Origin: an uncultured bacterium
GTDB lineage: Bacteria > Patescibacteriota > Minisyncoccia > UBA6257 > 2-01-FULL-56-20
DNA: 64,000 bases
NCBI GenBank assembly: GCA_963719425.1
Contig: OY970382.1
Span: 813,833 to 877,832 of the forward strand
Direction of reading: 5' to 3'
Of this stretch, positions 57,817 to 64,000 are shown in pieces. Position 1 is the stretch's first letter. Every line of letters starts with the position of its first letter. Under the pieces are notes generated by a model. The model did no database searches. It saw only the letters and a program-made list of their open reading frames with translations, and was not told the DNA's origin. The position numbers and the translations under genes were made by a program.

Positions 57817-59025
57817 ATGAGGAGGATTTATCTTGACTACGCGGCGTCCACGCCGGTTGATCCGGAGGTTCTGCGCGCGATGATGCCGTATTTTTCCGAG
57901 CGGTTCGGCAACCCCGGTTCGCTCCACACGTTTGGGCAGGAGGCGATTGCGGCGTTGGATCGTTCGCGCGAAACAATCGCGAGGGCGCTCGGCGCCGATT
58001 TTCGGCAGATAATCTTTACCGCCTCCGCGACAGAAGCGAACAACCTCGCCCTTCGTGGCGCGGTGCGGCGGTTTCGGATGGCGTATAATCTGTCCGGCCG
58101 ACACGAGAGGCGTGCGGCGCCGCGCCTCATTGTTTCTGCAATTGAGCATGAGTCGGTTTTGGAGACCGCGCGAGACCTTGGACGCGAGGGCGTCCGCGTG
58201 ACGTATGTGCCGGTAAGCGTGCGCGGAATCGCAGATTTAAAAAAGATCAAAAAAAGCTTGACACAGGAAACCGCGCTCGTATCGGTTATGTATGCCAATA
58301 ACGAGGTCGGGACAGTGCAGCCGCTCAAGGAGATTGCGGCGCTGATCAAGGATTTCAGAAATCAAATTTCTGGCCAGAAACCGGTAATCGGTGACCGGTT
58401 ACCGGCATTTCACGCCGATGCTGCACAAGCGTTCCAGTTTCTGGATTGCAATGCGAATGCGCTTGGCGTGGATTTCATGACTATCTCTTCGCACAAAATT
58501 CATGGCCCGAAGGGTGCGGGCGCGCTTTTTGTGCGTGACGCGGCGGACATGCTTCTGCCGATTGTTGGGGGCGGTGGGCAGGAATTCGGGCTTCGTTCGG
58601 GTACGGAGAATGTTCCCGCGATCGTCGGCTTCGCAAAGGCGGTTGAACTTGCGGCGGCGCGGCGGGAGAGCGAAACAAAACGGATTGCCGCGCTCCGCGA
58701 TCGTCTGTGGGGCGGACTGAAAGATATTTTTCCCGAGGCAGAGACGAACGGATCAGAAAATAAAGGAGAAAGATTGCCAAATATCCTTAATGTATATTTC
58801 CCCGGAAAAGCGGCGCAGGACCTGCTCACCAAATTTGATCTGTGCGGTCTCGCCGCGTCCTCCGGTTCCGCTTGCCGCTCGCGCGCGATGGAATCCTCAT
58901 ACGTCATTCACGCGCTTGGCCATTCAAAAGAGCGTGCGAAGGAGAGTATTCGCTTCAGTTTGGGCCGCCCGACGACAGAAAGGGAAGTGGAAGAGGCGTT
59001 AAAAATAGTAAAGGCAGCGTTATAA
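57817..59025 (+). CDS. iscS: Cysteine desulfurase (IscS/NifS class I)
   Basis: IYLDYAASTP, ATEANN, NNEVGTVQP, SSHKIHGPKG, RSGTEN, SSGSAC. Confidence 0.92.
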   Translation: MRRIYLDYAASTPVDPEVLRAMMPYFSERFGNPGSLHTFGQEAIAALDRSRETIARALGADFRQIIFTASATEANNLALRGAVRRFRMAYNLSGRHERRAAPRLIVSAIEHESVLETARDLGREGVRVTYVPVSVRGIADLKKIKKSLTQETALVSVMYANNEVGTVQPLKEIAALIKDFRNQISGQKPVIGDRLPAFHADAAQAFQFLDCNANALGVDFMTISSHKIHGPKGAGALFVRDAADMLLPIVGGGGQEFGLRSGTENVPAIVGFAKAVELAAARRESETKRIAALRDRLWGGLKDIFPEAETNGSENKGERLPNILNVYFPGKAAQDLLTKFDLCGLAASSGSACRSRAMESSYVIHALGHSKERAKESIRFSLGRPTTEREVEEALKIVKAAL

Positions 59026-59151
59026 AACCTTCGGAGAGCTTGAATAAATGAAACAAAAATGGGGCTTTGTGAGCAGTAATAAGCGTGCGCATACGATTGC
59101 GAAACTTTTCTCCGCCAGCCTCGTACTATAAAATAAAGAATAAAAAAACTC

Positions 59152-60450
59152 ATGAACGGCGGCAATAATAAAAAGACACTGGCAGTCTTCGTAGGCGTCC
59201 TTGTAATAGGGCTTCTCTTAGGTGTCGCAATCAGCGCGCCGCAGGCGCGGGCGAACGTATTCACCGATTTTTTCAGCAGGCTGTTTTCTCCGTTTGTGGG
59301 GCAGTCGCCGCCTGCGAGTTCTTCCACAAACGCTGCCATAGGCGGCGCTTCCTCGTCGGTTCCCTTATATCAGCCGGTCATTGACTATGAGCAGGCGGTG
59401 GTTGACGCCGTGAAGAAAGCGTCGCCTGCGGTGGTTTCCATCGTGATTTCCAAAAACGTTCCTATCGTTGAACAATGTCCCTACAATCCATTCAGCAACC
59501 TTCCGCCGGAGTTTCAGCAGTTTTTCGGGAATGATCTTCAGGAGCTCACCCAGCCATGCGATACGGGAAAAACCCAGCTTCAGCAAGTGGGTGGCGGCAG
59601 CGGTTTCATCATTTCTTCAGACGGCTTGATTCTTACTAATAAGCATGTCGTATCTGATGCAAGCGCATCCTATACCGTGATTACGAGTGATGGTACAAAA
59701 TATAATGCGACGATTTTGGCCCGCGACCCAAATCAGGATTTGGCGGTCGTAAAAATCAAGACGACGGGATTGCCAACCGTTGCTCTGGGCGATTCGGATA
59801 GTTTGGAACTCGGCCAGACGGCGATCGCGATCGGGAACGCGCTCGGCGAATTCTCCAACACGGTTTCCGTCGGCGTGATCTCTGGGCTCGCGCGGACAGT
59901 GACCGCTTCCGCGCCCGACACGGGAACGCAGGAGACCATCCAGGGCGTCATCCAAACCGACGCCGCGATCAATCCGGGCAACTCGGGCGGTCCGCTCCTC
60001 AATCTGCGCGGGGAGGTAATCGGCATCAACACCGCAATTGCATCCAACGCGGAGAACATCGGCTTCGCGATCCCCGTGAATCGCGCGAAGCACGACATCA
60101 GTTCAGTAGAAACGTCAGGCGAGCTCCAAACGCCCTACCTCGGCGTGCGGTATCTCGCGGTCACCCCGGACGTTGCGACGCAGCAGAAACTTCCCGTTGA
60201 CTACGGCGCGCTCGTCCGCGGCAGTGATCAAGGATCGGCCGTGGAGCCGAATTCCCCCGCGGCGAAAGCGGGAATCCAAGCGGAAGACATCATCCTTTCC
60301 GTGAACGGCCAAAAAATTGACAGCAGCCACGACCTCGGCACGGTAATTTCGCAATTCAACGTGGGCGATACCGTGACGCTTACAATCAACCGGGGCGGGA
60401 AGACAATCACGCTCCAGGCCACGCTCGCAGAGCGGCCCACGACACAGTAG
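59152..60450 (+). CDS. htrA: HtrA/DegP-family serine protease with one PDZ domain
   Basis: GSGFIIS, LTNKHVV, DLAVVK, TDAAINPGNSGGPL, PDZ domain. Confidence 0.93.
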   Translation: MNGGNNKKTLAVFVGVLVIGLLLGVAISAPQARANVFTDFFSRLFSPFVGQSPPASSSTNAAIGGASSSVPLYQPVIDYEQAVVDAVKKASPAVVSIVISKNVPIVEQCPYNPFSNLPPEFQQFFGNDLQELTQPCDTGKTQLQQVGGGSGFIISSDGLILTNKHVVSDASASYTVITSDGTKYNATILARDPNQDLAVVKIKTTGLPTVALGDSDSLELGQTAIAIGNALGEFSNTVSVGVISGLARTVTASAPDTGTQETIQGVIQTDAAINPGNSGGPLLNLRGEVIGINTAIASNAENIGFAIPVNRAKHDISSVETSGELQTPYLGVRYLAVTPDVATQQKLPVDYGALVRGSDQGSAVEPNSPAAKAGIQAEDIILSVNGQKIDSSHDLGTVISQFNVGDTVTLTINRGGKTITLQATLAERPTTQ

Positions 60451-60515
60451 AGGGAGGACAAAAGCATTTTTTCAGTATTTATTAAAAAACTCCTCACGCG
60501 GAGAAGTTGTTTAGT

Positions 60516-60566
60516 ATGCCTGCCACCAGCCCGAAGGCCGGTCAGGGGCTACCGCCCCGCAGGCAT
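60516..60566 (-). other. GC-rich three-way-junction (Y-shaped) palindrome
   Basis: Minus strand ATGCCTGC/GGGGC-GGTA-GCCCC/ACCGGCC-TTCG-GGCTGGT/GCAGGCAT. Confidence 0.6.
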
Positions 60567-60703
60567 GGTTTTATGGTAATGCTGCCGCATGGAAAGTCAA
60601 ACACTGTTTAATATTTTTTTAATGATTTTTTGTGCACGGGCTTGGACGATCTTGAACGATTTTGGGGTGTTATTACGCTAAATCTCTGTGCGCTCGAGTG
60701 ATA

Positions 60704-61033
60704 CTATCTTTTTCCGAATAATTCATTTATTTCCCTTGTTACTTCTTTTTCTACCGGAGCAACATATTGGTCGTAACGCTCCCGAAATGCTTCATAAGAA
60801 GACCTGTCTCCCCAGTCACTATTTTTTAAAGCCTCAAGGATTTCCAAGGCTCCCGGATCGGCGATTTGCTTTTCTTTTAATGCTTTTTCAAGTCTCTCTG
60901 TCGCGACGCCCTGAATCTTACGAACCTCGGCAACGTCTCTATGTGACTTTCCTGCGTGGAACAATCTCCCCTCGATGATATGATTTCCCACAATATGTCT
61001 TATCCACTGAATCGCATCTTGATTCTCTATCAT
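60704..61033 (-). CDS. Hypothetical protein
   Basis: 109-aa ORF with plausible helical composition. Confidence 0.55.
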   Translation of the reverse strand: MIENQDAIQWIRHIVGNHIIEGRLFHAGKSHRDVAEVRKIQGVATERLEKALKEKQIADPGALEILEALKNSDWGDRSSYEAFRERYDQYVAPVEKEVTREINELFGKR

Positions 61034-61141
61034 GACTTATAAAGTCTACATCAAATCCATAGCACAAAACAAATCTAAAGACTTTTTTTCGTGCACAGGG
61101 CGAGATTCGAACGGATAAAATGGAGTCCGGCATGCACTCCA

Positions 61142-61190
61142 TTAGCAATCTCCCCCTGAGATTGACAATCGGCGTTTTTGAAACTAAAAT
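61142..61190 (+). promoter_or_regulatory. CIRCE-like operator overlapping the sigma70 promoter of clpB
   Basis: TTAGCAATC-N9-GATTGACAA (61142-61168); TTGACA-17 bp-TAAAAT (61162-61190). Confidence 0.65.
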
Positions 61191-61221
61191 GGTCCTATCG
61201 CGGTATAATTACTATACAGAC

Positions 61222-63879
61222 ATGCCAAATTTTCATCGTTTCACCATAAAAGCCCAGGAGGCATTGCAGAACGCGCAGGAGATCGCCGCGAAGAAAAATC
61301 ACGGCGAGTTGAAAGGGCTCCATCTTCTCGCCGCGCTTTTGGAAGACGGGCAGTCCCTCGTCATCCCCGTCTTGGAACGTTCGGGCGTGAATCTGGAGAA
61401 GCTCCACGAGCACATAGAACTTGAACTGGACCGCATTCCGCCGATTCTTGCGAACTCAAACGTCGGGCAGCTCTACCTCTCGCAGGAATTGATGAAGGTG
61501 CTGGATCAATCGGCGAAAATCGCGGTGCAGCAGAAGGACGAATTCGTTTCGTGCGAACATCTGCTTTTGGCGCTTCTGGATGTGGCGGGCAGCGCAAAAA
61601 GCATTTTGGAAAAATTCGGCGTGCGGCGCGAGACGGCGTTCCGCGTCTTGGCGCAGCTCCGCGGTTCCATGCGCGTGACGGACGAGACGCCGGAGAGCAA
61701 ATTCCAGGTTTTGGAAAAATACGCCATCAATTTGAGCGACAAGGCGAAGGCGGGGCAGCTGGATCCCGTGATCGGGCGCGAAGAAGAATTGCGGCGCGTG
61801 ATGCAGGTCTTGTCGCGGCGCACGAAGAACAATCCATGCCTGATCGGCGAACCAGGCGTAGGGAAAACGGCCATTGTGGAGGGTTTGGCGCAGCGCATAG
61901 CGGCGGGGGATGTCCCGGAGCCTCTGAAGGGTAAACAAGTTTTGATGCTTGATCTCGGATCCCTCATTGCGGGCACAAAGTTCCGTGGCGAATTTGAAGA
62001 CCGCCTGAAGGCATTTATGAAAGAGATAAAGAACGCCGCAGGGCAGATCATTCTTTTTATAGATGAGATACACACGATCGTGGGCGCGGGCGCGGCAGAG
62101 GGCGCGATTGATGCCTCCAATTTATTGAAGCCGGCGCTTTCTCGCGGCGAACTCCATGCCGTCGGCGCGACGACTATCCGCGAATATCAGAAATATATAG
62201 AGAAGGATGCGGCGTTGGAGCGGCGCTTCCAGCCGATCATGGTGGAGGAGCCGTCTATAGATGACTCCATCGCGATCCTGCGCGGCCTTAAGGAAAAATA
62301 CGAGATTCATCATGGGATGCGCATCAGCGACGAAGCCATTATAGAGGCGGTCAATTTGTCCGCGCGCTACATCACGGATCGGTTTTTGCCGGATAAAGCG
62401 GTGGACCTGATTGACGAGGCGATGGCGGCGCGGCGATTGGAATCGGAGAGCCTGCCGAAAGAAATTGACACGATCCGCCGCGAGATCACGAAGCTTGAGA
62501 TAGAAAAACAGGCGCTCACCAAGGAAAACGGAAAAACGAGCGATCGCGTAAAAGAAATAGACAAAGAGATTGCGAGGCTGAAAGAGCAAAATGATGAACT
62601 TTCCGCCAAGTGGCATTCGGAGAAAATAAAATTTGAAACATTGCATCAGTTGCGGCAGAAAGTGGACAATTTGAAGCGCGAGGCGGAGATCGCCGAGCGG
62701 GAGGGAAACCTGGAGCGCGTGGCGCAGATCACGTACGGCGAACTCCCGCAGGCCGAAAAGGACTTCGCGAGCTTTGAAAAGAAGAATTTCGGCGGACCGA
62801 AGGGCGGCAAAAAAGGAAGGGCGGGCACGAACGCCCAGGGCGACCGTTTCCTCAAAGAGTCGGTGGACAAGGAAGACGTCGCGGCGGTGGTTTCGGTTTG
62901 GACCGGCATTCCTTTAAGGAGGATGCTTGAGACGGATTCGGAGAAGCTCATAAAAATAGAAGAGGTACTCCACGAGCGGGTGGTGGGTCAGGATGAGGCC
63001 ATCGGCGCCGTCGCGTCGGCCTTGCGCCGGTCACGCGCGGGACTTTCGGACGAGAACCGGCCAATCGGTTCGTTCATGTTCCTTGGTCCCACAGGAGTAG
63101 GGAAGACCGAGCTCGCGAAGGCGCTCGCGGAGTTCATGTTCAACGACGAAAAGGCGCTGGTGCGCATAGACATGTCGGAATACATGGAGCGCCACGCCAC
63201 CTCCCGCCTCATCGGTTCGCCACCGGGCTACGTCGGCCACGAGGAAGGCGGCCAGCTTACGGAGATGCTGCGCCACCGGCCGTACAGCTTGATCCTCTTT
63301 GATGAGATAGAAAAGGCCCATCCGGAGGTATTCAATTTGCTTCTCCAAGTGCTGGACAACGGGCGGCTCACGGATAGCAAAGGGAAAACGGTGAATTTCA
63401 AGAACACGATCATCATTATGACGTCCAATGTCGGCAGCCAATATCTGAAGGCCATGTCGCGGATCGGGTTCAGCGCTCCGACTGCAGAGGAGTCCTCGGC
63501 AGAAGAAGGGGACTATCGGGACAAAGTGATGGACGCCCTTAAAAACAACTTCCGGCCGGAGTTCCTGAACCGCATTGACGACATTGTCATTTTCAACCCC
63601 CTGCACAAGAAGGAAATCCAGAAGATCGTGGACTTGCAAATCGCGCTCATAGAAAAGCGCCTGAAAGAGCGGGGCATCGCGCTCACGATAGAACCCTTGG
63701 CGCGAGAATATCTTGCGCAGTCGGGATTCAGCGCGGAGTTCGGCGCCCGTCCCTTGAAGCGGCTCATGCAGAAGGTTATCCTTGATAAGTTGGCGGACAA
63801 GATCATTCGCGGCGAATTCAAGGATGGAGGCAAAGTTAAAGTCAATTTCAAGGCGGATTCATTGGTCTTTAGTTCTTAA
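61222..63879 (+). CDS. clpB: ATP-dependent chaperone ClpB
   Basis: Two AAA+ modules ([16 protein letters not shown]), long coiled-coil M domain, FGARPLKR. Start trimmed to MPNFHRF. Confidence 0.93.
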   Translation: MPNFHRFTIKAQEALQNAQEIAAKKNHGELKGLHLLAALLEDGQSLVIPVLERSGVNLEKLHEHIELELDRIPPILANSNVGQLYLSQELMKVLDQSAKIAVQQKDEFVSCEHLLLALLDVAGSAKSILEKFGVRRETAFRVLAQLRGSMRVTDETPESKFQVLEKYAINLSDKAKAGQLDPVIGREEELRRVMQVLSRRTKNNPCLIGEPGVGKTAIVEGLAQRIAAGDVPEPLKGKQVLMLDLGSLIAGTKFRGEFEDRLKAFMKEIKNAAGQIILFIDEIHTIVGAGAAEGAIDASNLLKPALSRGELHAVGATTIREYQKYIEKDAALERRFQPIMVEEPSIDDSIAILRGLKEKYEIHHGMRISDEAIIEAVNLSARYITDRFLPDKAVDLIDEAMAARRLESESLPKEIDTIRREITKLEIEKQALTKENGKTSDRVKEIDKEIARLKEQNDELSAKWHSEKIKFETLHQLRQKVDNLKREAEIAEREGNLERVAQITYGELPQAEKDFASFEKKNFGGPKGGKKGRAGTNAQGDRFLKESVDKEDVAAVVSVWTGIPLRRMLETDSEKLIKIEEVLHERVVGQDEAIGAVASALRRSRAGLSDENRPIGSFMFLGPTGVGKTELAKALAEFMFNDEKALVRIDMSEYMERHATSRLIGSPPGYVGHEEGGQLTEMLRHRPYSLILFDEIEKAHPEVFNLLLQVLDNGRLTDSKGKTVNFKNTIIIMTSNVGSQYLKAMSRIGFSAPTAEESSAEEGDYRDKVMDALKNNFRPEFLNRIDDIVIFNPLHKKEIQKIVDLQIALIEKRLKERGIALTIEPLAREYLAQSGFSAEFGARPLKRLMQKVILDKLADKIIRGEFKDGGKVKVNFKADSLVFSS

Positions 63880-64000
63880 GGCCGCGGTTTTCGCGCTCGC
63901 GTGGCTCTGGCTCCCGTTCCCGCTTTTCTTTTTGATTGCACTGTATCTTTATTTTGTGCCGCTGTTCCAATCCGGGAAGCTGGCATTCCCCTTTTTTGTG

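Noticed and set aside
60516-60566. SRP RNA or tRNA fragment
   Set aside because: Lacks the SRP domain IV loop motif and any T-loop.
63870-64000. 3' end of a minus-strand gene entering from the window edge
   Set aside because: More than one frame is open and the stretch is too short to assign.

Overview
Chromosomal core-genome window from a reduced-genome bacterium. The gene set, near-leaderless starts, tRNA-Ile(UAU) and tandem pilin-like genes point to Patescibacteria/CPR, Parcubacteria-like (inference). It uses the standard code 11. Housekeeping genes include rsmA, pcrA, comM, yraN, nusA, hppA, clpP, tyrS, ftsH, rpsA, gyrA, a XerC/D-type recombinase, rpsO, pnp, recA, ftsK, iscS, htrA and clpB. 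There is a compact SAH/folate/dTMP cluster (ahcY, PfkB kinase, folA, thyA, CYTH, dcd, glyA, folD) and eight tRNA genes. Main highlights: (1) a ~4.5 kb array of seven TrbC/VirB2-like pilin-domain genes with no T4SS genes in the window, including a pilin fused via poly-Gly to a 16-Cys lysozyme/SLT-like domain; (2) a tRNA-Phe(GAA) split by a 204-nt group I intron after U33; (3) an AT-rich intergenic region with phased TTGCCGG repeats between dksA-like and yraN; (4) a dispersed REP-like motif in hairpin loops; (5) a membrane-protein gene broken by one in-frame TGA; (6) a CIRCE-like operator over the clpB promoter. All calls come from reading motifs by eye; no database searches were run.
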